A stretch of DNA of 63,357 nt, filler included, from Perkinsus chesapeaki ATCC PRA-425 (GCA_013115145.1; 7 parts of 7 records of this genome joined end to end with filler, not necessarily neighbours in it); one strand, 5' to 3'. Shown: positions 1 through 12,334, counted from the first letter of the whole stretch. Made by a program: numbers and translations. The notes: generated by a model not told the origin, from the sequence alone.

Positions 1-504
1 TAGCCTCATTGAGGCACTTTTTAGCTAAGGAGTCGTGCCACAAGATTTGTCTCCTTTCGGGACAGATGCGAGCACAGTGCCGAGTTCAGGAAGACGGCCA
101 CTTTGTGGCTCTACTTGATGGAGTCTAACGTCGCTAATGATCGGTTTTACCTTCATTAACATGTTAACTCGAAGAAAGCATCTCGGCTATTTCTCCAATA
201 CATTTGAATTCAGATATTCTTGAGCAGGGAGTATCAACAATACCAGCACAATCGCACATTTACGGGCTCCACTGACCCTGGAGTTCCGCCGTGAAAACTG
301 CCGGCTTCGTGCGCGGGCATCGATCTCCGGAGATTGAGTTGCTTTTTTCGACTCGGGCACATATATTTGATATACTAGACCGCATCCCCTAGACTAGACT
401 CGTATGCCTCGGGTAGATGATGGTTCGTTCTACTTGGTATTAACCTATACTTATCTGCTTTGTGGTACTTAACAGTAAAGTTTCCTTTGGACACCAAGCT
501 AAGT

Positions 505-2731
505 GTGAGCCCGCTGAAGCTTTTATTATGCGTGGGTCTTCTATCGTATATTGATGTATCAGCGGAGAACTCAACTAAAAGTATGAGTATGTTACCTCCT
601 ACCACCCTATTATAAACTCAGGCTCGCACAAGCGGAAGATATCCGCCAGTCCACCAGCTAAAGGAGGGTTATGCGATCCCAAGGTCCGTCAAACTCATGG
701 TTATTACAATGTTGATCCCAAGAACCCTGCGAGAAAGTAAACTCTTTCATTACCTAATTGGTTGGCTTCAGTCTTCCAGATACTTTTTCTGGTTCTTTGA
801 GTCGAGATTTGAGCCATCAACAGATCCCATATTCTTATGGCTTGAAGGTGGACCTGGTGAGAGTGGCTTAGCCTCGGCGGTCGGGTATAATGGACCATGT
901 ATTATCAATAAGGATGGCGCCACTACTTCGATCAATCCGTGAGTTCGAATACTGTCACTTTACGCTATTTCTCTCTATTACTTTAGGTATTCATGGACCA
1001 ATCGTGCCAATGGCATTTGGTTAGACCAACCTGTTGGTGTTGGTTTCAGTAAAGGAAGCCCCGCGGAGGAAACCCCTGCCGAGACCGCTGAGAACATGTA
1101 AGCCTAGCTTTCCCCTGCTCCCGGCTAGCTGTCAGCTGTTAACTTGGACCGCCACTTAGATACAGGTTTCTGGAAGCCTTCTTCGGAGAGTTTCCGCAAT
1201 ACAAGGGAGACTTCTACCTCGCCGGTACATCCTATGCTGGTGAGAATTATCACACCAGCTGGGGAGAGGCTGTTCTCGAAAAGATTAGAGATGCTTCATT
1301 GAATAACCTCAGGCACTCTTTTACCACGGATTGCTCATGCCCTGAAGCAAGGCAGCACTCCCCCGATAAAAGTTAAAGGTATAATATTCCAGAATACAAT
1401 GATTAATGCCTCAGCACAGTAATACTAGCGGCATCTCAGAGGACGAGAAAGCTTCTTGTTTCATCAGGTATCCCTCTTATCCAGAAATGGCATACAAGAG
1501 TGGTGTGGCCAAACCTGTTATTAATGAGAAACAGTAAAAGTTTATTCATTTCGGTCGACTCAATAAGTAGCGTGACAGGTATAATGCAATGAACGCTGGA
1601 TTACCCAAGTGCCTGAAGCAAATCGATCTTTGCACTAAAAACGGTAATCTTTTTTTATTCTTTATCCGTGTCATGTTACCATGCTCCGTACTTACTGTAC
1701 CTTCGTCCACCAGATGGCCTCCCATGTGATGATAGGCCACCGTCTTGTATCAATGATACAGACTTGGCTCTTCCCCACTTCCGACTCGTTTCAGTTAAGA
1801 CCTGTCCTGACGCAAACGAAGGGTGCAAAGATCTGGTTCTCGGGCCTCTTGTTGAGAACGGCGTTGATTTGTAAGGTTCGCAAAGCCTACAAAGTTATCT
1901 GACGAAACCAATCTCAGTTATAAGATTGGTGAGAAGTGTTCTGACCCTCATCAGTCCGAACCGGCTGGTTGCTATGACGAAGATCTGCCTCGAAACGTAA
2001 ATATTGTCCCAACAATGAAGAGCTCAGCTACCTTAACCTGCTGAATCTCAGGTGCCGGCATATTATGGTCAAAGCAGTGTGAAATTGTTTCTCGGGGTAC
2101 GGGGGTCTTATATTATTGACAGTGATCCGGTAAGTCAGGATTTCGAAGTTACACTGCACCAACTTTTATAGCCGCCGATCAGGTCTTCTACAAGCTTAAC
2201 CACTTTGTTCTGGTTAACTCTGATTTTCTCCTTCCAAATCTTCTCGATAAAGGCTTGCGAGTAGGAAATTCATTTTCGTGTTGAGGATGTATTTCACAGG
2301 TTCTAGTCATCGCAGGAGATCGAGATTACATATGTAACTTCATTGGTTTGAAGAGATGGATGTTGGGGTTAAAGTGGGCTGGCCAAAGTGCATTCAACAA
2401 AGCCTCGGATGTCGTGTACAAGGTGAGTGAAATAAACCTTCCTCGATAGCTGTTCAACTCGCTGCAGACAGTTAAGCTTTTGAGTAACTGAAATCCCGTT
2501 CATCCCATCGCAGTTATTTTGTTCCCTTTCTAGGACACTACAGGGCAGGTTATCGGTTTGAGAAGGAGCATAAACCGAGGACAATATTGCTTTGTACAAG
2601 TAAGATATTGTAACTCTCCCATAAAGATATATGAACGCGTTCAGGTTTCCGGTGGAAGTCACGGACCGGTCACTCAAAACCCCCGCGGGGTTCTCGATAC
2701 CGTGAACGATTTCTTCAGTTCTCGATCTTGA
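505..2731 (+). CDS. Serine carboxypeptidase (peptidase family S10), multi-exon; start codon is GTG where the paralog has ATG
   Basis: Manual splicing through GT-AG introns gives a signal peptide (SPLKLLLCVGLLSYIDVSA), LCDPKVRQTHGYYNV, YFFWFFESR, PIFLWLEGGPG, WLDQPVGVGFS, catalytic Ser motif GTSYAG, Asp motif AGDRDYICN and His motif GGSHGP. Stop TGA at 2729-2731. Confidence 0.9.
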
Positions 2732-4033
2732 TCATCTTGCCGTTGAATGTTACCGGCTAGATGTTGTCGTTATGTCATTGATAGAAGAATTGTATGGAGC
2801 CATAAATTTAGTCTGCTGTGAGAGTCTTAGTCAGCTGTTTTATATAGGCGAAAAAGAATCATATGATAGGACTCATATCCGTAACTTTTTATATCAAGAA
2901 ACCGGCATGCTGTATAATACAGCCACCCTTTGTTTATGTGCCGAAGCTGAGTACTCTTCCAGAATTGCCAGCATTGGTGTTTCCTCTTCTAAGTGAGACA
3001 AAAGTCTTGCGAGTGCTCTACAGAAGCGTCATCTTCCCCTACTCGGTTCACTGGGCTTTACCAGAATACAATGGTAACTGGACTTCCTTGCGAGTTGGGT
3101 TTGTAAATCGCTGCGAGTTGGATATTCCTCTTGGCGTTGTCTGAACCATTCATTACGCAGACTACGTAACCTTGGGTTTCAGCTCGGGTGGTGTTTCGGA
3201 GCGTCAAGGCATTTTGTACAAGCTCGCTGAGCTCCCCTCTCTGCACTATCTATTTCATGCATCTGGTATGTGTCTCGTATCCTACATTGCAAGTGCATCT
3301 TCACCGCTTTCGAGTGTCTAGATGAGCAGATGAAATGAGATTCTGTAGAACATTACGTGGCAGAGTAAAAAGCAGCGACTCATTTTGGTTTGAGTAAGAC
3401 CTGAATTCCGTCGCCACCTCCGGGCTTTAATAATCGAACCCCTCCAAATATGCGCTCCATCCAGGTCTTGTCGCATTTCGTTCGGTTCAGGAAGCTCTTT
3501 GACTGAGAATGCAAGGGGTGTCGTGTATAAAACTCATAAGACTCATAGTAAGGAATATAACCGATTCTGAGGCAACGTACTAGCGCGGCGAACTAGCCTG
3601 CTCATCGACCAGAAAGGTGGGGACTCGAGAGTCGGGGAGACCATACCCTCGGTCCGTGATTTGCTCAGATACATCCTCAAACTATTTTCCTAACTTGATA
3701 AATATGATGGGAAGAAGCAAGCCTCACGTCCCGGTGGAACTTATGGCATATCTCAGCATCTCAGGCGGTGGGCTCTTCCTGACGTGACGCGAGTGTACCG
3801 TCTGTCTATTGTGTTATTGAGTGACACAAGATTTGTCACTACCAATGACGCAGTACAGGGTAAATATAACCACAGTCACTAGGGATCGTACCCGCATGCG
3901 CTACATGCTGAGTAAAGGCAGCTTGCTTGAGAGCAGTTGGGCTTTTACGTATTAGCTCTAGCTGACTCAGACTTCAACTGAGGTGACTACCTCAGCAATT
4001 TGTAGACCACCTTACCACATTGGTAATCTGCAT

Positions 4034-4981
4034 ATGCCATCTCATACCGTCGCTGTTATTGGTGCCACTGGTATGTTCGGCAAGGAGATTTCTCTCTCCC
4101 TTCTGAAGCTGGGAAATGCTGTAATCGCCTTCACTCGTAGCATTACTGATAAGAAGTCTGTTATACAACAGTTAGAGTGTGCTGGTGCTAAAGTAAGTAT
4201 TCATACTGTAAATACATTCAGACCCCCTTTATAGGTAGTAGAAGTCCCCGACCTTACAGATGAGGCCTCAGTGGCTACTGCATTCCGCGACAATAAAGTT
4301 GATACTGTTATTTGTGCTATGCATGGTACAGCTGCTGTTATCGAGAATGTTGAGGGTCATATAATCAATGCAGCTGTTAAGAGCGGCACTGTCCAACGCT
4401 TCTGCCCTGATGAATTCGGTGTCCATACCGGCGCTATGCCATGGGGCTGGTGCGACCTTATCGATGCAAAGAAGAAAATACAGGAGCAAGTTCGCAGCTC
4501 TGGCATGGCATGGACCTGCGTCTTTGTCGGGGGTGTAACGCCGTTCTTTGCTCCCTCTTTGAAGAACGGTCGTGGTGCAATTGAGACTTATGGAAACAGG
4601 GACGCTGTGTTCTATACGAATTCCATCGAGGACGCAGCGTTGATGATCGCTAAGGCAGCCACCGATGATCGCACTGTCAACAAGTATGTACAGTTTCAGG
4701 TTAACCCGAGCACTCAGGCAAAGAACCTTGCTAGGGTTAGAAAACTCTACCCAGTCCACGAGTTCCCGGAAAAGCACTTTGATGAGGCCGAACTAATCAG
4801 ACTTATGCGTGACGAGAAAAACAATGAGAGGCAGGTTGTGCAATACGCCATTTTCTGTATGGATAGGATGAATTGCTTGGCTTACCCAGATACTATGCTG
4901 GGAAATACAATTATGCCTATTGACTACCAATATACCACCATGGATAAATATCTAGCCAACCCTTTGTTCGTTTTTCCGTAA
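4034..4981 (+). CDS. NmrA-like / isoflavone-reductase-like NAD(P)-binding oxidoreductase (2 exons, intron 4193-4234)
   Basis: Rossmann motif VAVIGATGMFG, then VKRFxP(S/D)EFG-type motif VQRFCPDEFG and the conserved Lys in DAKKKI. A 42-nt GT-AG intron joins ORFs 3983..4234 and 4271..4981 in frame. Confidence 0.88.
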
Positions 4982-5504
4982 ACGAGTGTTCGATGTTTTC
5001 TACAGTAAGCGATTTGATATCGACCCTGTAAGACAGACTGCTGCGGTGCTAGGTTGCTAGCCCAGATGCTATCATTCGTTCTTAAGTCATCAAGGGTTGA
5101 GGTGCTATCATCAACCATTGTTGAGTTATGCGAGAATAAGTCAATAGAGAAAATAGTCTTCTTTATTTATGTATAGCTTATAGGAGAGGTCTATTAAACA
5201 GACTCTATTTCCCAAGTCACAGCTTCAATAGTCATTTTAGGGCAGTCCTCTAGCCTAAGATATCACAAGCATGCTATGCATTCAAGTTTAAAGATTCAAC
5301 CAGCCCTCGGAACTTCCGAGCCAGTGTCGAGCTTGGTTCTTTTCGAACCATCGGAATGATGGAGCGTTCCTACTGTCAGTGAGGCCAGTCACTTAATATG
5401 ATATACGCTCCGGTTGCCCCTGAAATTGCAGTGTCTTGGGCAACAGTGTCGGGCTGTTGCGTCACTTGCGCTCTGCACAGTGGGCGGATCCGCGCCTGCC
5501 GTTG

Positions 5505-6455
5505 CCCCTATCTGTTTGTTGGTGGCTCGTTTATTCGAGACCGAGTTTCCGCGAGCAAGGCTGTTCGTTCGGCGGCGCTGCGCGCCGTGCCGTGGCTGCT
5601 TTGCGCTTACCTTAACCGATGCGCTTGCTATTACCCTTCATTTCATAATGAGTGACCATAGCATCCCTCAGGTGTGAGACTTGTTACCGGGAAGACGATT
5701 CTGCAAACACGGGCACATTCGGCGTTTTCGCAAACCACTCTAATCCTAGAATCACGTGACGTCCAAGATGAGCTTGCGTGTGTGTCCGATAGGCTCCCTC
5801 GTTTGGATTCTACTCCATCCCGTCATGTATCATATATTGTGAACTGATGATACGACTCTCTGCTGTAAGAGGTAATCGATGTGCAGCGCGGCAGGAACTG
5901 CGCCATGTGGTTGCTTATCGCATAGGGGATCAATGCGGCATTGTGCTCTGTCGTTGGTGGTCTCTCCTTCGTTGTTTTCTCTTTGTTGATGGCTCGTTCT
6001 TTCGGGACCCCGTTTCCGCGAGCAAGGCTATTCGGCCGCAGGCCTACGCCTTAGGCGACACGCTTGCGTGTTTGAAGTACTCTGTGATTATTCATAGTTG
6101 TAGGGTCGTTGTACGCGCCGTGCCTGATATCTGTGCTCGCACTATTATGCTTCATTTCCTGATAAGTAACCTAAACATCCCCGAATTGTTAGAGTTGTCT
6201 CTGGGAAAACTCATTCTAGAGCCACAGGATGCTGCAAACCACTGTAATCCTACAGTAGAATCACGTGACGTCCAAGATGAGCCTGCGTGTGTGACCGAGA
6301 GGCCGACTGGTTTGGATTTTACCCCAGTACATCGTGTATCGTATATTATAAACTGGTGATACGAATTCCTACTGTGACTCATACCTTGTGAGAGGTAATC
6401 GATGTGCTGCGCGGTAGGGACTGCGCCATGTGGTTGCTTATCGCGCAGGGTATCA
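5505..6455. repeat. Degenerate tandem duplication, period about 470-500 bp
   Basis: Block ~5505-5640 resembles ~5976-6070 (TGGCTCGTT...TTTCCGCGAGCAAGGCT). Block ~5730-5935 resembles ~6234-6455 (GCAAACCACT...AGAATCACGTGACGTCCAAGATGAGC...GAGGTAATCGATGTGC...CTGCGCCATGTGGTTGCTTATCGC). Confidence 0.8.
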
Positions 6456-6730
6456 GTGCCACCCGCACGACCTTCTCACTTCCTAAAATGGGGAAAGCTT
6501 TTTTGTATACTGTGCTGTGCTATATCGAGCGGAGCCGCCGGAGCCTTCGTGTAGGTTAGTTTCGGAATACTGTATACTACTCTACAGTAGTGTCTTGTCC
6601 TTGTCAGCAGCAACTCTATCTTTTCGCAGTTAGAACGGTTACTATCTGGTCATGCTAATATATCAGCTAGAGTCAGATGCTGCTCAACGTGTCCTGATTA
6701 ACGTCCGACTTAGCTGAGATAATTTCTTTT

Positions 6731-6979
6731 ATGATCACTTGGACACTCCTCGTCATCTGCTCGGCCATTTATTCCATTACCGGTGACACTCCTACAAAGT
6801 GTGAGTATGATAGCGACTGCCCGCACGGGAAATTATGCACGTGCGTTTACGCCAAGTGTACCAGAACCGGTTATCTCTGCGGTGCTACAGTCGGCTGTCC
6901 TTTCATTGGTGAAGAATGCCGCTGCGTACAGAGTTATTGTTTACCATTGGTTGATGACGGCCTGGATAAGCCTGTATGA
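6731..6979 (+). CDS. Small secreted cysteine-rich protein (82 aa) with two 5-Cys repeats
   Basis: Single ATG-initiated ORF with a hydrophobic N-terminal signal, then C-x5-C-x5-C-x-C-x4-C and C-x5-C-x6-C-x-C-x4-C. Confidence 0.75.
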   Translation: MITWTLLVICSAIYSITGDTPTKCEYDSDCPHGKLCTCVYAKCTRTGYLCGATVGCPFIGEECRCVQSYCLPLVDDGLDKPV

Positions 6980-7494
6980 TTCATGGCTGGCCGAAACATT
7001 TATGAGACTCAGGGCTTGGTGTTAGGGCAAAATAGTATCTGGCCAGCCAACTTTTGGTTAGCTGATTGAAAAGGCTCTGCATTTCAAAACTTATCATACT
7101 GAAACAAATTTGAGTTCTATATCGAAAAACAATGGATGGTAGCCAACCATCCAAGTAACCCCATCGAAGTTTAGTAAAAAACGGTAGTACGCCCCAAGGC
7201 TTAGCCGATACAAATACTGTTGTCCAAGCTTTGTCAACCTTGCCAACCGTTTATGACTCTGTCAGCTCTACATCGCCGTTAGAGACTCTAACCTAGAGCG
7301 TTGAATTTAGCCACATCGCCATCCCAGTTCGACAAAAAAATAGTATGCCTCTACGGCAGGACTACCGACGTGCTGGTCATCGGCAATCTTCACGCCCGGA
7401 TACATTCCCCCATTATGAGTGACGCGGCTTACTGCTTAGACACTCCAGATTCTTAGCCTACGAAACTCCTGCGCCATAGGCAATGATACCAGGT

Positions 7495-7581
7495 GCACTG
7501 GTGACCCGGGCTGGTACTCGGCCAGGATTTCAAATCCTGGGGTGTCGGGAGGCAGAGGCGTTCGATTCACTCTCCGGTGCG
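7495..7581 (+). tRNA. tRNA-Sec (anticodon UCA), eukaryotic 9/4 fold
   Basis: 87 nt. Acceptor stem GCACTGGTG/CTCCGGTGC (9 bp, with the U.U pair at the same position as vertebrate tRNA-Sec). D arm CCGGGC-TGGT-ACTCGG, 6-bp anticodon stem CCAGGA/TCCTGG with loop TTTCAAA, variable arm TGTC-GGGA-GGCA, T arm GGCG-TTCGATT-CACT, discriminator G. Confidence 0.9.
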
Positions 7582-7589
7582 TTCTACTG

Positions 7590-7596
7590 TTTTTTT
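7590..7596 (+). terminator. RNA polymerase III terminator (T7) of the tRNA-Sec gene
   Basis: Run of seven T starting 9 nt after the discriminator base. Confidence 0.75.
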
Positions 7597-7828
7597 CGTC
7601 GTCGTACCTCGCTCAGATTGGGTCGCTCACTGACTCAGGCGCAGTAAATATTTCAGAGGGGGGAGACATTGGTCTTGTGACCCACGCCGTTTGGAAGCCG
7701 GTGCAGACTCGGCATGACAGCCTGATAATCGGAAAGCCGCAAGAGAGTGTGAGGCCTCAGGAACTCCAAAGACACCGTCATGTTGGGTTGGTGCCTGATC
7801 ACGGCGGCCGACCAGCGGACCTTCTTAG

Positions 7829-7861
7829 CAGCTCTCTAAGAGAGGCTCTCTTAGAGAGCTG
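7829..7861. repeat. Perfect palindrome, 16-bp arms, 1-nt centre
   Basis: CAGCTCTCTAAGAGAG-G-CTCTCTTAGAGAGCTG. Confidence 0.97.
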
Positions 7862-9996
7862 TTTCACGGTGCCATGCAGTAGCTCATTAGCGGTCATCCT
7901 CACTCATTAGCGGTCATAGTGTGCGCAACTCCGCCTCAACAAACATACCTCCATTATGAACGCTCAATATCTGGGCACATTCTTATCTCTGAAATTGACA
8001 ACTTGTGTGGCGGCCGTGGCCAACAAGTGTACAGTTTGCTACACTACTTCTGTACAGTACTCAACGCAAGTAAAGATACAGATCTGTACTCGTCGTCACA
8101 TGCGGAATCGGTGACGACTTGGACTGAATTGGTATCTCGCCTCATCCCTCAATCGCACCTCATTTAGAGCTTCCGCTCTCTGTAGATAGGCTAACTCACA
8201 GTAAGAGGAGAAGGGTTCCCGCGGAGTAAACGCGGCTTCTGGATGTCCAGTTTGGGATTGCTGGCAGTGCTAGCCTAGCACCCCCAGATCTTCCTGGTCT
8301 CTTCGAGCATTTTTTCTAATTCGTGATAACCAGGATTGACCCTGACTGTCGAGCGAGGATCGGCGTACAGAATTCAGGTTCTTAAAAGCGTAACCGTTCT
8401 CACAAGATAAGCCAATAGTAGATGTGTCAAAAGAACAGTGATCCACTAGCAATGTCTTGCTACAACTACAACTTCCTCAATTAAATACTACTAGCCTTAA
8501 AGCGTGAAACACGAGAGTGTCTCCAAAGTTGCAGGCATGCACAGAAGTTGTCTACTCCTCAGAAATAAGTAAACACACAGGGCAGCTTAGCGGAAATCAA
8601 AGGATCTCGTCACGTCGGCCCATATAGGCCCACAGATACTATTACTCTTGTTGCTATCACAGCACAGCGCCTCTAGCGATTGTAATATGTTAAGTAAGCG
8701 GGCGCGCGTTTGAAGACAGTAAAGCTGATTTGAGAGTTAGTCTGGCAGGCTCCCCTACGATTGAAGATACATACTTAAAAGAATCTTTTAAGGAGATTTC
8801 CCTGTAAGCTGCAGAACTTAGTTGAGCCCTGCTCAGACCACGAACCTACTGCGAAGTATCTCAGGCAGTGTCGTAATAATCACAGCGGCACAGTGTTGGA
8901 AAACTCTGTTAGAGCCCGGTGTTATCATTGGAGCTTCTTCCGGGAGATCGCTGCTACATCATAAATTATGATTCATAATGATTCAGTCATTCACTTGCAA
9001 TGTTGGATATGCGGACTCCCGGAGTCCGCATTGCGGAGGCTCCGCAGCGGAGCTCGACAACAGAAAGAGGTATCGACCGCAATGGGGAATGTCAACATTG
9101 ATGGCCCATAATGAATCGAAACGAAGTAGCTTGATAACTTCAAGCGGCGAAAGTAACTTGGACAAGACCTGAATAATCTGCCAGAGGCTCCATCTGAGAG
9201 GGACCCTCTCGGAGGTTTATACTGGGTACATGATTGAGACTCCGCATCAACCGCAAGCACCAGTAGTAGGCAGGTGTCGTGTGTGTGAGTGGATCAAAGG
9301 CCCCCATGAGCTCAGTAAGGCTGTTTAATGCTCTCAACCTCCATTCCGCAAGTGTCTAAAAAATATTTTCTCACAGAAGCTAGCGACCGGTGGTCGCTGA
9401 CACGAATGCAGCGGTCGCCGACCGCTGCACATCGGTTCACACAAATTGTTATCTGCCCAAGAGTTCCTCGTCCACAAAGGAAGGCCGAAAGGAAAAGGCA
9501 GGTGGCGCATGACTTATAAATCCAGCAACTCGACATTTCCAAGGGGACAAGGCACGGAGAGTGACACAGGACGATAAAAGGTATCGTGGATGTTTTCTCG
9601 ATGCGCTAAAATTCAGATATTTCTGCCAGAAGCTCTTGTAGTCGTAACACTGCTCGCGTTCTTTTACCACGATCTCGCATTCAGGAGCTCCACTGGAGCT
9701 CGGAGTTCCACCAGGAAAACCTCTCGCTTCCTGCCCAAGCAGAGATCTCCACAATTCTGAATTGTCCATTCACCATCAAAATGTTTTTCCGAATCCGGCA
9801 TATCGAACATAGATCAGATATATACGCGCTGCATCTCATAGACTAGGTAGGTGTGTTATGAGCGAATGATGGTCCGTATTTCTTGTTGATGTACAGTGCC
9901 GTACATGAGTGTGAACGTAATGTACATGAATGATGGTCCTACACGTGTCTGCCGTCTAGTGCTCATCATTAACGTTCTCGAGATACCAAGCTAAGT

Positions 9997-11521
9997 ATGA
10001 GCCCGCTGAAGCTTTTATTATGCGTGGGTCTTCTATCGTATATTGATGTATCAGCGGAGAACTCAACTAAAAGTATGAGTATGTTACCTCCTACCACCCT
10101 ATTATAAACTCAGGCTCGCACAAGCGGAAGCTATCCGCCAGTCCACCAGCTAAAGGAGGGTTATGCGATCCCAAGGTCCGTCAAACTCATGGTTATTACA
10201 ATGTTGATCCCAAGAACCCTGCGAGAAAGTAAACTCTTTCATTACCTAATTGGTTGGCTTCAGTCTTCCAGATACTTTTTCTGGTTCTTTGAGTCGAGAT
10301 TTGAGCCATCAACAGATCCCATATTCTTATGGCTTGAAGGTGGACCTGGTGAGAGTGGCTTAGCCTCGGCGGTCGGGTATAATGGACCATGTATTGTCAA
10401 TAAGGATGGCGCCACTACTTCGATCAATCCGTGAGTTCGAATACTGTCACTTTACGCTATTTCTCTCTATTACTTTAGGTATTCATGGACCAATCGTGCC
10501 AATGGCATTTGGTTAGACCAACCTGTTGGTGTTGGTTTCAGTAAAGGAAGCCCCGCGGAGGAAACCCCTGCCGAGACCGCTGAGAACATGTAAGCCTAGC
10601 TTTCCCCTGCTCCCGGCTAGCTGTCAGCTGTTAACTTGGACCGCCACTTAGATACAGGTTTCTGGAAGCCTTCTTCGGAGAGTTTCCGCAATACGAGGGA
10701 GACTTCTACCTCGCCGGTACATCCTATGCTGGTGAGAATTATCACACCAGCTGGGGAGAGGCTGTTCTCGAAAAGATTAGAGATGCTTCATTGAATAACC
10801 TCAGGCACTCTTTTACCACGGATTGCTCATGCCCTGAAGCAAGGCAGCACTCCCCGATAAAAGTTAAAGGTATAATATTCCAGAATACAATGATTAATGC
10901 CTCAGCACAGTAATACTAGCGGCATCTCAGAGGACGAGAAAGCTCCTTGTTTCATCAGGTTAAGACCTGTCCTGATGCAAACGAATGGTGCAAAGATCTG
11001 GTTCTCGGGCCTCTCGCTGAGAACGGCGTCGATTTGTAAGGTTCGCAAAGCCTACAAAGTTATCTGACGAAACCAATCTCAGTTATAAGATTGGTGAGAA
11101 GTGTTCTGACCCTCATCGGTCCGAACCGGCTGGTTGCTATGACGAAGATCTGCCTCGAAACGTAAATATTGCCCTAACAATGAAGAGCTCAGCTACCTTA
11201 ACCTGCTGAATCTCAGGTGCCGGCATATTATGGTCAAAGCAGTGTGAAATTGTTTCTCGGGGTACGGGGGTCTTATATTATTGACAGTGATCCGGTGAGT
11301 GCAGCATTTCGAAGTTACACTGCACCATCTTTTATAGCCGCCGACCAGGTCTTCTACAAGCTTAACCACTTTGTTCTGGTTAATTCTGATTTTCTCCTTC
11401 CAAATCTTCTCGATAAAGGCTTGCGAGTAGGAAATTCGTTCTCTTGTTGAGCATCTATTTCACAGGCTCTAGTCCTCGCAGGAGATCGAGATTACATATG
11501 TAACTTCATTGGTCTGAAGAG
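9997..11521 (+). pseudogene. Partial, internally deleted copy of the serine carboxypeptidase gene
   Basis: 9982-11521 aligns to 490-2355. It lacks 326 bp (1470-1795 of copy 1), which shifts the frame after the exon-6 acceptor. Homology stops before the exon carrying the catalytic His. Confidence 0.88.
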
Positions 11522-11955
11522 GTGACTTTAAGTTAACGATATTCACTGAGTTGTACTCATAGCATGAAAGCAAATGTTCCCGTAACATGTTTTATATAAT
11601 GACGCCGTCTATGTGGCCTACAAGATATGAAGCGATCAAGTTACTTAGTTCAAGCACTGTTATTGGGCTAGACCGATCTCCCATAGCTAAACAGTCTTTG
11701 GACATGATTGAAGCACATCCATGGCTCCTGCACGGCTCCATTGTGATAGCTCTCGGCGAGAGCCTCTCGCTCCTCAAGCGAGAGGAGCAAGTATGTTCGA
11801 GCAAGGATGAGATTCATGTAGCATCGATAAGATGAAGGCTTCATTATGCTTCATCATGAAGCTGCGTATCAACGAAGCTGCTCTGGGGTGTTACTAATTT
11901 GGTCTAGGCTTTATTTAATTGCTCTGGAAATGGTGTAGCAGGACACTACTGTCAG

Positions 11956-11986
11956 AGTGATACAATAGATGATCTATTGTATCACT
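11956..11986. repeat. Perfect palindrome, 15-bp arms, 1-nt centre
   Basis: AGTGATACAATAGAT-G-ATCTATTGTATCACT. Confidence 0.97.
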
Positions 11987-12234
11987 ATTATAGTAGCGAT
12001 TTGCTGAATTGTAGGCATCTATTATATGTGCCTATACGAGGTTCGCTCAGTGAGTGTGCAATAACAAGTTCGCCTCTGCCATGAGTGTTACATTTCTGCG
12101 GAGCACCACTTGTTGTGTGTAGAGTAAATAAGCGTAGTGCAGGGAGAGTCTGTGCCTGCTCAGTTGTGCATTGCGTATTTTGCGCGAATGCGCCCCTGGG
12201 CGAGCGAGGTTCCTGATGGGAATCCTTCCGCAAT

Positions 12235-12334
12235 NNNNNNNNNNNNNNNNNNNNNNNNNNNNNNNNNNNNNNNNNNNNTTAATTAATTAANNNNNNNNNN
12301 NNNNNNNNNNNNNNNNNNNNNNNNNNNNNNNNNN
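12235..12334. other. Artificial scaffold linker (N44-TTAATTAATTAA-N44)
   Basis: Identical 100-nt structure at six places; the core has stops in all six frames. Confidence 0.98.

Noticed and set aside
8978-9769. Cluster of short ORFs, one with FWQKY...HPRY faintly like an integrase or hAT fragment
   Set aside because: No catalytic motif or continuous frame could be established; the resemblance is too weak to call.
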